Positions 38,471-48,774 of a stretch of DNA of 64,000 nt are shown here, piece by piece (position 1 is the first letter of the stretch; each line of letters starts with the position of its first letter). The stretch comes from Ignavibacteriota bacterium (GTDB lineage: Bacteria; Bacteroidota; Ignavibacteria; Palsa-1295), in NCBI GenBank assembly GCA_963787835.1, contig CAWBEI010000002.1, positions 320,001 through 384,000 on the forward strand, in the 5' to 3' direction. The notes beneath the pieces were generated by a model, which was given only the letters and a program-made list of their open reading frames with translations, had not been told where the DNA came from and ran no database searches. Position numbers and translations under genes: made by a program.

Positions 38471-39424
38471 ATGACCCTCGCTCGCGGCATATTTATTTTT
38501 CTCGGGGCGCTGATATTTTCTGCGCTGTTGTGGGCATACGTTCGGCTTTCAGCGGCTTACGAGGCGGATGTCGATCTGCCGATGAAACTCACCGCGCCGA
38601 AAGGATATGCGCTCGCCTCCGGATTACCGGAACGGCTGCACACCCGGGTGCGTGGTGCAGGCTGGCAGATCCTGCTCATGGGTTTTACCAAGAATGCGGA
38701 TTTTCAGCTCGATCTTTCCGAACGCGCCCTTCCGCCGGAAAACATTGTCACGCTGCATTCCGATGAAATTTCGAATGCCGCCGTACTGCCAAGCGAACTG
38801 CGCGTGCTAAAGGTCGAGCCCGATTCACTCGGGCTGCAATTCAGCAAAGCCATCGAAAAACAAGTTCCGATCGAGTCCCGCCTGGAGATCCATCCCGCCA
38901 GAGGTTATACGATCGTGGGTGAACCGGTGATAACCCCCCGAAGTGTTTCGGTACTCGGCGCCATGGAAGTACTCGATTCGCTGAGAACTTTCCCAACGCA
39001 ATCTCTTCGCGTGAACGATGCGAAGGAAGATGTGGATCGTGCGGTACTTCTTTCTGATTCGCTGGATAATTTCATTACGGTAACGAACGCGCCAAAAATT
39101 ACCGTTCATGTTTCCGTGCAAGCCATCGGAGAGCGAAAAGTAAAAGGAGTCCCGGTGACCATCGATGCACTGCCTCCGCAATTCGATCTGCTGCTCATAC
39201 CCGGAACGATAGCTGTCACCGTTCGTGGCGGCGTCTCGGAACTTGCAAAGCTTACTCCCGCTTCCATCCATGCGCGGGTGCTGTATAACCCGATGCTGCT
39301 CGACACCGCAAGCGTGGTAACCCCGCAAATAGACGTTCCCAAAGGACTGACGTATCTCTCCGCAGATCCTCCCAGTGTGAAGTTCATCCTAAGAAGAAAG
39401 AGCGTCGTTCATGCTGCTCCGTGA
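38471..39424 (+). CDS. YbbR/CdaR-like membrane-anchored protein
   Basis: N-terminal TM ..ALLWAYV; repeated P..V.V.V.G YbbR-type modules. Confidence 0.7.
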   Translation: MTLARGIFIFLGALIFSALLWAYVRLSAAYEADVDLPMKLTAPKGYALASGLPERLHTRVRGAGWQILLMGFTKNADFQLDLSERALPPENIVTLHSDEISNAAVLPSELRVLKVEPDSLGLQFSKAIEKQVPIESRLEIHPARGYTIVGEPVITPRSVSVLGAMEVLDSLRTFPTQSLRVNDAKEDVDRAVLLSDSLDNFITVTNAPKITVHVSVQAIGERKVKGVPVTIDALPPQFDLLLIPGTIAVTVRGGVSELAKLTPASIHARVLYNPMLLDTASVVTPQIDVPKGLTYLSADPPSVKFILRRKSVVHAAP

Positions 39425-41171
39425 CGCTTCCTTCGTGGTCGTCGATGTGGAAACGACGGGATTAAATGCCGCACAGCACCGCATCACCGAGATAGGGCTG
39501 GTACGGATTGAATCGGGTTCCATCACGGAGTCCTTTCAATCGCTAATCAATCCGGAGCAATACATCTCGCCATTCATCACCCAGCACACGGGAATCACGA
39601 ATGCGATGGTCTATGATAAGCCGAAATTTCGGGAGATCGCGCCGGAGATCCTGAATTTTATTGCACGATCGAATGCACCGGTGCTGGTTGGACACAACGT
39701 AAAGTTCGATCACGGATTTCTTCTGGCATCCTTCGAACGCGCGGGAATTCTCTTCGAAACAATCCAAGGCCCCCTCTGCACATGCCGGCTTGCACGGCGT
39801 TTGCTGCCACAACTTGGAAGCAAATCGCTCAAGAGCGTGCAGGATCATTTCGGAATAAAGAATTCCAGGCAGCATCGCGCATTAGGGGACGCCGAGGCTA
39901 CCGCCAAGATCCTTGCGAATTTCATTGGAATGGTGGGTGACTTAGAGATCGAAACGGTCGAGGATCTTCTGCGCCTGCAATTTGCGAAACCAAATTATGC
40001 ACGCCGCAAAACCAAGCGGGAGCTTTCCTTGCGCGAGAAAGTACGTATGTTCCCGGACCGCCCCGGTGTGTATATGATGACGAGCCGAACCGGCGATGTG
40101 CTCTACGTCGGTAAAGCGAAGAGCCTGCACGAACGCGTTGCTTCCTATTTTATGCAATCGCATACGGAAGGAACCAAGCTCACCCGAATGATGCGCGCCG
40201 TGCAGGATATAACCTACGAAGAAACAGGCAGCGAGCTTTCTGCGCTGTTGTTGGAAAGCAAAAAGATAAAGGAGCTGAATCCGCGGTTCAATTCGCTCGA
40301 TAGGCGGTACAAACCGCAAAGTTTTATCCGGCTGGATGTGCAGAACGAATTTCCGGAACTGACGTTCATTCGGGAACCCGCACCCGATGGCGCAGAATAT
40401 TTCGGCCCATTTCGGTCGCGCGAGGCAGCGGAATCCCTGATGGAGATCCTGAACCATGCGTTCAAACTCCGTGAGTGCGGCGATAAATTTAAGATCGGCG
40501 CTGATGTTCGGCCCTGCTTGTACTACGAGATCGACCGGTGCAATGCACCATGCGCGCTTTTGCAAACAAAAGAATCCTATCGCGAGGAAGTAAAACGCCT
40601 GCAAGAATTCCTTGCCGCTGGAGACGAAGGAATTTTAGCGCACATCGAGGCGATGATGCGTGAGGCATCCGATAAGTTGGATTTCGAGGAAGCCCTATTC
40701 TATAAAGATCGGCTTTTTGAACTCCGCCGCGTGCTTGGCAATGGTGATAGACCCTCGGCCAGCCTTAGCGCAAATGATTTTGTCTTGATGAACCCACTCA
40801 ATGCCTCGGAATGCGAGATATATTTTGTCCGTTTCGGGCAATTGATGAAACAAATGGTTCTCGGCGCTGGGCATCTTGCCATTGCGGAGCAATGGTTCTC
40901 GCGTCAGCTTCGCATGTATTACGGTGCAACGTCCTCGTTGCCACCCTCGGCCGGCAAACCCGAGATCGACGAAATGCGCATCCTTTCCCGATGGGTAGAA
41001 TCCAGCAAGAAAAAAGGTAGCCGCGTGGTGTATCTGAGCGAACCATGGGAACATTCCGTCAAGAAATTAGTCGAAGAGTTGAGATCGATCCTTGTGGAAT
41101 CACAGAAAGAATTATCACAATCACGATCGAGTCAGCGTAAGCTTCTGCTTAAGCCCATGAAAACAGCCTAA
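39411..41171 (+). CDS. DEDDh exonuclease (DnaQ-like) fused to a UvrC/Cho-like GIY-YIG nuclease
   Basis: VVDVETTG, GHNVKFD, HRALGDA; PGVYMM..LYVGKAKSL; Cys cluster LREC..RPCLYYEIDRCNAPC; UVR motif LDFEEA. Confidence 0.88.
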   Translation: MLLRDASFVVVDVETTGLNAAQHRITEIGLVRIESGSITESFQSLINPEQYISPFITQHTGITNAMVYDKPKFREIAPEILNFIARSNAPVLVGHNVKFDHGFLLASFERAGILFETIQGPLCTCRLARRLLPQLGSKSLKSVQDHFGIKNSRQHRALGDAEATAKILANFIGMVGDLEIETVEDLLRLQFAKPNYARRKTKRELSLREKVRMFPDRPGVYMMTSRTGDVLYVGKAKSLHERVASYFMQSHTEGTKLTRMMRAVQDITYEETGSELSALLLESKKIKELNPRFNSLDRRYKPQSFIRLDVQNEFPELTFIREPAPDGAEYFGPFRSREAAESLMEILNHAFKLRECGDKFKIGADVRPCLYYEIDRCNAPCALLQTKESYREEVKRLQEFLAAGDEGILAHIEAMMREASDKLDFEEALFYKDRLFELRRVLGNGDRPSASLSANDFVLMNPLNASECEIYFVRFGQLMKQMVLGAGHLAIAEQWFSRQLRMYYGATSSLPPSAGKPEIDEMRILSRWVESSKKKGSRVVYLSEPWEHSVKKLVEELRSILVESQKELSQSRSSQRKLLLKPMKTA

Positions 41172-41173
41172 TT

Positions 41174-41253
41174 GTCATTCCCGCGAAAGAGGGAATCCAG
41201 ATCTTGAATGTCATCTCATTTCGGGTCTGGATTCCAGCTTTCGCGGGAATGAC
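41174..41253. repeat. GTCATTCCCGCGAAAG-type inverted REP-like pair
   Basis: Same family as 21339-21418. Confidence 0.85.
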
Positions 41254-41388
41254 ATGATTGGCAAAATTTTCGTGCGACTTTAGGGCTGCTCATGTCTCTT
41301 ATCTCCAAATCCGAAGAATGGTGACCGGTCATTATCCTCGGGCTAACACACACCATAGGTGCTACTTGACCATTGGTGCTAACACAGC

Positions 41389-41997
41389 ATGACACTACAG
41401 GCAGCGAGCATTTCGGCTCGCGATAGCGAGAAGCACACGCGATTCATGGCCCTATTGGAGCCGTGCCTTGCGAAGCTTTCCCGTTACTGCCATGCGATGA
41501 CAAAGGATGTCGAGGATGGACGCGATCTGCTATCGGATGCGATCCTGCTGGCCTACGAGAACTTCGATAAACTTCGAGCGCCGGAAGCTTTCACGAGCTA
41601 TATCTTCACCACGGCGCGCCGGTTATTTTACCGGCGCGAGCGAAGAAAAAAGTTCTGGGGAGTATTCGGAAGCGAAGCGGAAGCCATCGCAGACGAGCGG
41701 GAACCCACGCCCGAGGTGCGTATAGATCTCGAAGCGCTCGACCGCGCACTGACGCAATTACCCGAAAAACAACGCGAGGCCGTGATACTTTTCGAAATTT
41801 CCGGGCTTTCGCTCGCGGAAATTCGGAACGTGCAGGGCGGATCGCTTTCGGGTGTGAAATCGCGCATTGTACGCGGACGCGAAAAGCTGGCTGAACTGCT
41901 CGGCGAGCGACCGCTCAGGCAGACAAGGACGCCTGCTCCACGTGAGACATCTTTTGAAAGATCGCAAGTCGCTTATATGATGAGGGAGAAACTATGA
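41389..41997 (+). CDS. ECF RNA polymerase sigma factor
   Basis: Region 2 DGRDLLSDAIL..F.SYIFT.ARR; region 4 LPEKQREAVILFEISGLSLAEI..GVKSRI.RGR. Confidence 0.9.
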   Translation: MTLQAASISARDSEKHTRFMALLEPCLAKLSRYCHAMTKDVEDGRDLLSDAILLAYENFDKLRAPEAFTSYIFTTARRLFYRRERRKKFWGVFGSEAEAIADEREPTPEVRIDLEALDRALTQLPEKQREAVILFEISGLSLAEIRNVQGGSLSGVKSRIVRGREKLAELLGERPLRQTRTPAPRETSFERSQVAYMMREKL

Positions 41998-44480
41998 AGA
42001 ACGATACACTTCAACCATCCGAGAACTTAGCGAATCACTTCGCGCCTTACCGCGAGGAAGCGCCGCTGATCTCTCTTCCCGAAGTCGAAAAGCTCCTTAC
42101 CGGTAGTGCCACGCTGAAAAACCACCCCCCAACCCCCTCCTTCTTTAGGAGGGGGAGTTTCTTCAACAATAGGAGAATTCTTATGACACTCAGCGGAATC
42201 GCCGGACTTGCAACTTTCAGCTATTTTGCATTTTTTAGTAACCATTTTAATGGGACAATTGGGACTACTGCTACTAATGGGCCTAACACAACCCAGAGGT
42301 CCTATTTGACCCAGCCGTCCCATGACCTTGCCACTGATACACGTTCGCAGCTTGCAACACCTGCAAGCACTACTGCGAAACACACTTCACAGCTTCTCAA
42401 AACTGGCAACGTACATGGCCCCTGGAGCGCCGGCAACGACCAGTTCTACGCCGATCTCTCGCCGGAGGAATTAGCGAAGCTGGGGATTGTGGTGAATGCG
42501 GATACGGTTATAGCATATAAGTTACCACCAAATAAACCCCTCGAATCCATGCAGCTTACTGCCCATTCCATTGGAGGCGGTAACGCAAAAGCAACATTAC
42601 CTGCGGGTGTCAATCCACCAAGCTTTTTCCCTGTCCTTATGACCCGTAACAACGGACACGGTGCAGCTTTCGTCATCGAAGAAAAAGGCCGAACACAGGA
42701 ATGGGGAATGGTTTCAGATGATGAAGGGCAGAAAATGGTTCGGGATTGGCTACAATCACCCGGTACGCCAGGTTACTCCCCGATATGGTTCAAAACAAGT
42801 TCCTTTAAGATATCAGACACCTCCGTAGAAATCAATAAGTGGACACTCGAAGTTGGGAAAAATTTTGCTAAACCCCCAATGCCGTTCTGTGTGCCGAATA
42901 TAGACGGTCTTTCGGAAAGCACAAAAGCCGCACTCATGCAACTGGCCAATTATTATTCCGGCAAAGCGGAAAAACCTGATTTCACAATGCCCAAAAATCT
43001 TTTTCTCAATGTGGATACTGTTACGCCACAAAATATGCTGGATGAAATCGACAGCGAAGAAAATGATGCTACCATGACGCATCTTCGTTCAACAATGGCG
43101 CGCTTAAATGAACTTGTTCCTGTCATTGTTCGGCCCAAAGGCGGTTCCGGTGCGCCTGACACAAACGATTTCATCTTTTGGTACGAGCCAAGCGAAGCAC
43201 TATTCAATGCACTGCCGCCAGCACAAGCAGTAATATTCCGAGAGAAGTTGAATACACCCCCGCATTGCATGACATCACCAAATGCCGTACTGACGAGCGC
43301 GGAGGTTACCTTTTGCGTAGATCATCCACAAACTGTTCATATCACCGTGCGCGACCTGACCGGAAAGGATCGTATCAGTTGGGACAAAGCCGCAATTACT
43401 GGGGACAACGTCGATACATTCAGCACGGCGACTTTGGCTTCCGGCATGTATCTCGTCACTGTAAAAGATGACGATGGGAACGAACGCACCCGCCGCATGT
43501 GGATAGAGAATACACATCCGAAGGAGCCGGGATGGGAATATGAGAATATGAAACCCGACGCAGAGCATGCAATGGAAACATTCTCTACGTTTGGAGGAGA
43601 TACCACAGATAATATTCAAAAAGCGATTCTTAATATCACCTGCATCGTTATGGATAACGAAAAGCTTGCAAGTATTGGCATCGAAAACAATGATAGCCTT
43701 GCTGCATTCTACCATTCGACTACCAAAGCTGGAACTGTAGATTATGTCGGTGTTCTCCGGAATTCAAAAGTCAAATCATTATCAAAGGACCCAATAATAG
43801 ATGGAGTTAAGCCAAAATTTCTCCAGCTAAATGATATTACATCCGTGACCGTACCAACATTCCATCCATTGTTCGTTACAGATGGCCGTGGAGTTAAAAG
43901 ACTTTTCATGACTGATTTTTCCAACATACCAACATTCGATGCCGCCGAAAATCTTCGAAAGATTCACGAAATGAATAAGAAGTTCGATGAAGCTGACCAA
44001 CTCATCCCCATCCTACTTCGGGCCGATAATTCTTCCGATTCCGTCGGCTCTCGCGACCTCATCTTCTGGTACAAACCTACGCCGGAGTTCCTTGCGGCAC
44101 TTCCGGATTCCGAGCGAGCGGTTGCGCAAATGATGTCAAGCGGTACGAACAATCCTCCGGCTTCGGCAACCGATGTACACGGTGCAATCCAGGAAGCTAT
44201 TGCCTATCCAAATCCCTCGCATGGGAAGTTCAACGTCAACGTGACATTAAACGCCAAGCGCACGATCACGATCACACTTCGGAACTTGCTCGGCCAAGAG
44301 GCTGCCCCACCTGTTCAAACTTATCAAATGGGAATGTCCGCTACACCCAATAGCGTGACATATACCTACTCACCGTGGCCAACGCTCGATTTCAGCTCTG
44401 TACCAGAGGGCGTGTATCTCCTCGATATTTCCTCCGATCAGGGCGAACGATATATCGAGCGGGTGGTGATTGCGCATTGA
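41994..44480 (+). CDS. Putative anti-sigma-like membrane-anchored protein with a duplicated module and two T9SS-CTD-like domains
   Basis: ATGA overlap with the sigma gene; one TM (ILMTLSGIAGLATFSYFAFF); repeats FIFWYEPSEALFNALP / LIFWYKPTPEFLAALP; CTD-like LASGMYLVTV and YPNPS..VPEGVYLLDI. Confidence 0.7.
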   Translation: MKNDTLQPSENLANHFAPYREEAPLISLPEVEKLLTGSATLKNHPPTPSFFRRGSFFNNRRILMTLSGIAGLATFSYFAFFSNHFNGTIGTTATNGPNTTQRSYLTQPSHDLATDTRSQLATPASTTAKHTSQLLKTGNVHGPWSAGNDQFYADLSPEELAKLGIVVNADTVIAYKLPPNKPLESMQLTAHSIGGGNAKATLPAGVNPPSFFPVLMTRNNGHGAAFVIEEKGRTQEWGMVSDDEGQKMVRDWLQSPGTPGYSPIWFKTSSFKISDTSVEINKWTLEVGKNFAKPPMPFCVPNIDGLSESTKAALMQLANYYSGKAEKPDFTMPKNLFLNVDTVTPQNMLDEIDSEENDATMTHLRSTMARLNELVPVIVRPKGGSGAPDTNDFIFWYEPSEALFNALPPAQAVIFREKLNTPPHCMTSPNAVLTSAEVTFCVDHPQTVHITVRDLTGKDRISWDKAAITGDNVDTFSTATLASGMYLVTVKDDDGNERTRRMWIENTHPKEPGWEYENMKPDAEHAMETFSTFGGDTTDNIQKAILNITCIVMDNEKLASIGIENNDSLAAFYHSTTKAGTVDYVGVLRNSKVKSLSKDPIIDGVKPKFLQLNDITSVTVPTFHPLFVTDGRGVKRLFMTDFSNIPTFDAAENLRKIHEMNKKFDEADQLIPILLRADNSSDSVGSRDLIFWYKPTPEFLAALPDSERAVAQMMSSGTNNPPASATDVHGAIQEAIAYPNPSHGKFNVNVTLNAKRTITITLRNLLGQEAAPPVQTYQMGMSATPNSVTYTYSPWPTLDFSSVPEGVYLLDISSDQGERYIERVVIAH

Positions 44481-44501
44481 GATTATCCGGCGTTTGATTA
44501 C

Positions 44502-44628
44502 GTCATTGCGAGGAGAATCAAACGACCGGAGGGAGTTTGATTCGACGAAGCAATCTCAAACTTGCAGCGAAGAGATTGCTTCGTCAGAATCACTCCGCTA
44601 TCGCTGCGTGATTCCTCCTCGCAATGAC
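44502..44628. repeat. GTCATTGCGAGG...GAAGCAATC inverted REP-like pair
   Basis: GTCATTGCGAGGAG...CTCCTCGCAATGAC; same family at 63783-63908. Confidence 0.85.
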
Positions 44629-44640
44629 ATTAAAATAAAC

Positions 44641-44676
44641 AAAAGCGCACCCGCCATTGCGGCGGGTGCGCTTTTT
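44641..44676. terminator. Bidirectional intrinsic terminator
   Basis: AAAAGCGCACCCGCC-ATTGC-GGCGGGTGCGCTTTT. Confidence 0.8.
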
Positions 44677-44697
44677 ATATCTCAACAACGATGATTG

Positions 44698-45060
44698 TTA
44701 ATGTGCCATCGGTGCGCGGCCACCACGCCCACGGCCGGGTGCTCCCCAATGTCCATCGACGAAGCCGTAACGTCCGCCCCGGCGCGGGTAGCGCGGCCCA
44801 TACCAAACGTATCCGGGATGCGGCGGGCGTTCCCAGCGTCCGGGAACCCAGATATAAGCCCCGGCGGCATAGTCCCACCGGTGATACCCGGCGATCCATA
44901 CCCCATCGGGATAGGGCGCGGCAACAACGACTTCGTGACGCGGCGGCGGCGGGCCGATGTGAATATCGAAACTGACCTGCGCGAACGCAGGCGCAGCGGG
45001 CGTCAACGCTGCCAACGCTAAGAGCCCGCAAAAACTGATGACTTTCATTACATTACGCAT
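44698..45060 (-). CDS. YXWGXW (WxxGxW) repeat protein
   Basis: Signal peptide; IGPPPPRHEVV, VWIAGYHRW, YIWVPGRW; AAGGAG RBS upstream. Confidence 0.8.
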   Translation of the reverse strand: MRNVMKVISFCGLLALAALTPAAPAFAQVSFDIHIGPPPPRHEVVVAAPYPDGVWIAGYHRWDYAAGAYIWVPGRWERPPHPGYVWYGPRYPRRGGRYGFVDGHWGAPGRGRGGRAPMAH

Positions 45061-45456
45061 GTGGTGTCTCCTTTTAAATTGTTTGTCTAATGATTAGATG
45101 TCTATTCATACGCAAAACGTTTAAAGAGTTATGCAAAAACGAGGCCGAATTAGATTAATTGTTCTTAAGAAAACCGGGGTGATCTTCTTGACCCAAATTC
45201 CACCAAAAAAAATCATTTTCTCCCGCCGCTAATTAAAGTTCATAGAATTTGGTTTGCATTAATTCTATATTCCGCAGCCTGCTCCGGAAGCTCGCCAAAG
45301 GCAGCTTGCCAAAATGGGCTTCGGGAGATGCCAGGCGGATGTGCCCCAAGCGCACAATGGATTTGGATCATCGATGATAGATCATGGATCATCCTCCGAG
45401 GCCCGCTATTCATACGGCATTATCCCATGCGGAGCACATTAGCACCTTAATACTAC

Positions 45457-47511
45457 ATGCAGGAAGAATTGCAATCAGAAGAACAACCGGTTAGTCCGGA
45501 AGAACAACCGATCACTCGGGAAGAACAACCGGTTACTCCGGAAGAACAGTCGGCCACTCCGGATACCATTCCACCTGGCGACCAAACAGCCGATCCAGCA
45601 GGCACACCATCCGATCCAGCCGCTACGCGAGCGCCAGCGGCTACCGCAAGCAGCTACCGTGATATTATAGCGGAACGTCTGGCCCGGCAAGCATCCTCCG
45701 CGATGCGCGGCGAACCCGAGACATCCCCGCACAGTCCAATGGCACATTCCTCGGACGTCGAGCCGACGCATAGGCCTACCTCAGCTTCGGAAGAAACGAC
45801 GCCCGGGCTCCAGCAGCCTCTTGAACCAAGAGGCGGACAGATGGAGCTTCAAAACAATGAATCCAATGAGAGCGCCGTGAAGGAAGCCGGCGATGCAGGA
45901 CTTTCAGGCCGCGAACGTGCGAGAATTCGGCAGCAGGAACGCGCTGCCCTTCGGAAACAAGGTGGGCGCCCGAGCGCACCACGCGAGGAAGCAACCGAAG
46001 ATCAGGAACCAGTTTTATCGGAAGAAGCGCCTGTTGAATCTGCTGCAGAAGCACAAGCACGAAAAGATATTATCGCGGAACGCATGGCCCGCAGAGGCGG
46101 CGATCGGGAGAACAGGCGCCCAGAACGAAACCGCGAGGATCGTCCAGGTGGAGAGGAACGCCCACGTGAAGAAGGACGAAACCGCCGAGAGGAGCCTCGC
46201 CGGGAACCACAACCTCGTGAAGAAGCCCCACGCGAACGTTCGCGCGATGCCGCTGTAAAGCCCCGAACGGAATCGGTTCCCGAAGGACTTACGCTCCGCT
46301 CTGCACAGTCTGCCCCAAAGACCATAGAAGAACCCCGCCGCCGCGAACAGGGTGGCCCACGTCCCCCGATCGATCGTCCGGCGACCGATCGGCAACCACG
46401 ATCCGAAGCGCCTCGCACCGGTGAAAAGGGCTTGGATGCTGCACATGCGCTGGCAGGAAAATTAGGAATTTCCGTTGTGGTGCCACTCTTTAACGAGCAG
46501 GATTCCCTTCGTGAACTGACCGCTTCGCTCAAGCAACAACTGATGCGTCTGGCCGGACCGAAATACGAGATCCTCTATATCAACGATGGCTCGACCGACC
46601 GGTCGGGCGAGATCCTGCAGGACATCCTTGCTACAAGTTCCCGCATCAGCGTCATTACATTCCGGCGCAATCTCGGAAAATCAGCGGCGCTCGCGGCAGG
46701 ATTTACCGAGGCCCAATATGGTATTGTTATCACGCTGGATGCTGACTTGCAGGACGACCCACAGGAATTCGTCAACTTGGTCGCAAAACTTGCGGAGGGC
46801 TATGACCTCGTCAGTGGCTGGAAGAAACAGCGCCACGACCCGATGTCAAAAACAGGCCCAAGTAAATTCTTCAACTGGGTCACGGGAATTTTTAGCGGCA
46901 TCAAGCTTCACGATTTCAATTGCGGCCTCAAGGCTTACCGCAAAGAAGTGACCGAAAGCCTTCAGGTCTATGGCGAACTGCACCGGTATCTGCCGGCGCT
47001 TGCGTATTGGCAGGGGTTCCGTGTTTCGGAGATCCCGGTCACGCATCATCCACGCAAGTTCGGGAAATCGAAGTTCGGTTCGAGCCGCTTCTTCAAGGGT
47101 TTTCTCGATCTGCTCAGCATCGTGTTCACGAATCGCTACGGCAAACGCCCGCTGCACCTGTTTGGCACCATAGGTACGCTCATGGCCATTGCCGGATTTA
47201 TTATTGACATCTGGCTAACCGTTGAATGGGCGCTTGGGCTTACATCGCTCTCGAATCGTCCGATCCTTCTGCTGGGCTTGCTGCTGATCTTAGTAGGCGT
47301 ACAGCTTATTTCGATCGGGCTATTAGGCGAGATGATCGTAAAGAATGTGGCATCGAAGGCGCCGCTGAACTACCAGAAAGAAAAAGGCAAACCCTCCGCC
47401 GAAGCGCGCGAGCGCCGTGCCTCGCGAATGAATGCTCGCGGCCCAAGACCACCTCGTCCTGATGGACGCCCACCGCGACCGGAACAACGCTCGCCTCAAC
47501 GCCGTCCTTAA
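45457..47511 (+). CDS. GT2 polyprenol-phosphate glycosyltransferase (ArnC/DPM-like) with long disordered N-terminus
   Basis: ISVVVPLFNEQ, INDGSTD, RRNLGKSAAL, LDADLQDDP, LHDFNCGLKAYR, YGELHRYLP; two C-terminal TMs. Confidence 0.88.
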   Translation: MQEELQSEEQPVSPEEQPITREEQPVTPEEQSATPDTIPPGDQTADPAGTPSDPAATRAPAATASSYRDIIAERLARQASSAMRGEPETSPHSPMAHSSDVEPTHRPTSASEETTPGLQQPLEPRGGQMELQNNESNESAVKEAGDAGLSGRERARIRQQERAALRKQGGRPSAPREEATEDQEPVLSEEAPVESAAEAQARKDIIAERMARRGGDRENRRPERNREDRPGGEERPREEGRNRREEPRREPQPREEAPRERSRDAAVKPRTESVPEGLTLRSAQSAPKTIEEPRRREQGGPRPPIDRPATDRQPRSEAPRTGEKGLDAAHALAGKLGISVVVPLFNEQDSLRELTASLKQQLMRLAGPKYEILYINDGSTDRSGEILQDILATSSRISVITFRRNLGKSAALAAGFTEAQYGIVITLDADLQDDPQEFVNLVAKLAEGYDLVSGWKKQRHDPMSKTGPSKFFNWVTGIFSGIKLHDFNCGLKAYRKEVTESLQVYGELHRYLPALAYWQGFRVSEIPVTHHPRKFGKSKFGSSRFFKGFLDLLSIVFTNRYGKRPLHLFGTIGTLMAIAGFIIDIWLTVEWALGLTSLSNRPILLLGLLLILVGVQLISIGLLGEMIVKNVASKAPLNYQKEKGKPSAEARERRASRMNARGPRPPRPDGRPPRPEQRSPQRRP

Positions 47512-47619
47512 TTAAGAATTAATAAGTAAGAATTAAGAGTTGAGGGAATTGATTACATGCAATAGGCTTTTGGGAACGAGGAGTTTTTTCCTCGTCTAAT
47601 TCTTAATTCTTAATTCTTA
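47509..47619. repeat. Inverted arrays of AATTAAG / TTCTTAA heptamers
   Basis: TAATTAAGAATTAATAAGTAAGAATTAAGAG ... TAATTCTTAATTCTTAATTCTTA; related array at 61138-61178. Confidence 0.65.
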
Positions 47620-47620
47620 C

Positions 47621-48757
47621 TTGATCTATAAATCAGATTGTCGTCATTTCAGAGGGGATATTCCCTGCGCGCCGAACAAGCGCGAGGGCGTTCATTGCGA
47701 TGGATGCCCGCATTACGACGCGATTACTGAGAATGTATTAATTATTAAGCTCGGCGCCGCCGGCGATGTGTTGCGTACCACGCCGATCCTTACGCCGCTC
47801 CGCAAGCAGCATCCTCACGCCCGCATCTGGTGGCTGACGCATTCGTCGGAGCTGGTTCCCAGATCGCAGGTCGATCGCATTTTGTCGTGGAAATCGGAAA
47901 ATCTCGAAATTCTTCATGCGCTGCATTTTTCTCGCATTCTGAATCTCGATAAAGATCATTATGCCTGCGCGCTGGCATCCTCGCTCGATGCCGATGTAAA
48001 AGATGGTTTTGTACTCGGCGCATTCGGCGAAGCGGAACCCGCGAACGAACGCGCGAAGGCCAAATTCATTACCGGTATCTTCGATGATGTCAGCCTTCAA
48101 AATCATAAAGATTATCCTACCGAGTTGTTCGAGCTTTGCGGCTATGAATTTCACGGCGAAGAATATATTATCGACGTGCCTGCTCCGGAAGCATTCCCAT
48201 TACTCGACGCATCGCGTCCGGTCGTTGGACTGAATACCGGCGCGGGTGCGCGCTGGACTTCGCGGCTCTGGAGTATCGAGAACTGGGTGGAGTTAGCGGA
48301 GCGCATTCACGCTTCCGGGAAGAACGTGCTTCTGCTTGGCGGGCCGGATGAGGACGCTCGCAATCGGGAAATTCATCGCCGGACCAACGGCAAGGCACAG
48401 TATATCGGCTTTTTTGCGCTTCAGCAGTTCATTGGGCTTATGCAGCATTGCGAGCTTGTCGTGACGGGCGTTACGATGGGAATGCATATTGCCATTGCGC
48501 TGAAAAAGAAGATCGTGCTCATCAACAACATTTTCAATCCCTACGAATTTGGGAATTTGTATGGATTAGGCGAGATCGTCCAGCCGGACGCACAATGCAA
48601 ATGCTTCTTCCGTGGCGAGTGCATCAATCCCGAGTATTTTTGCCTCGACCGTTTGAGTGTCGAGAAAGTATTTGCCTCGCTCGAGCGCGTTTCGGTTACC
48701 CCAAACGGCAAGCACCAGCAAGCTCCGCTTGTGATGCCGGGGATGATAACGATGTAA
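47621..48757 (+). CDS. Glycosyltransferase family 9 (heptosyltransferase-like) with Cys-rich termini
   Basis: LIIKLGAAGDVLRTTP, VGLNTGAG.RW...W, VTGVTMGMHIAIAL; TTG start. Confidence 0.85.
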   Translation: MIYKSDCRHFRGDIPCAPNKREGVHCDGCPHYDAITENVLIIKLGAAGDVLRTTPILTPLRKQHPHARIWWLTHSSELVPRSQVDRILSWKSENLEILHALHFSRILNLDKDHYACALASSLDADVKDGFVLGAFGEAEPANERAKAKFITGIFDDVSLQNHKDYPTELFELCGYEFHGEEYIIDVPAPEAFPLLDASRPVVGLNTGAGARWTSRLWSIENWVELAERIHASGKNVLLLGGPDEDARNREIHRRTNGKAQYIGFFALQQFIGLMQHCELVVTGVTMGMHIAIALKKKIVLINNIFNPYEFGNLYGLGEIVQPDAQCKCFFRGECINPEYFCLDRLSVEKVFASLERVSVTPNGKHQQAPLVMPGMITM

Positions 48758-48774
48758 AGCCTTAGGGTTTGTTC

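Noticed and set aside
38471-39424. c-di-AMP module
   Set aside because: Only the YbbR-like protein is present; no diadenylate cyclase in the window
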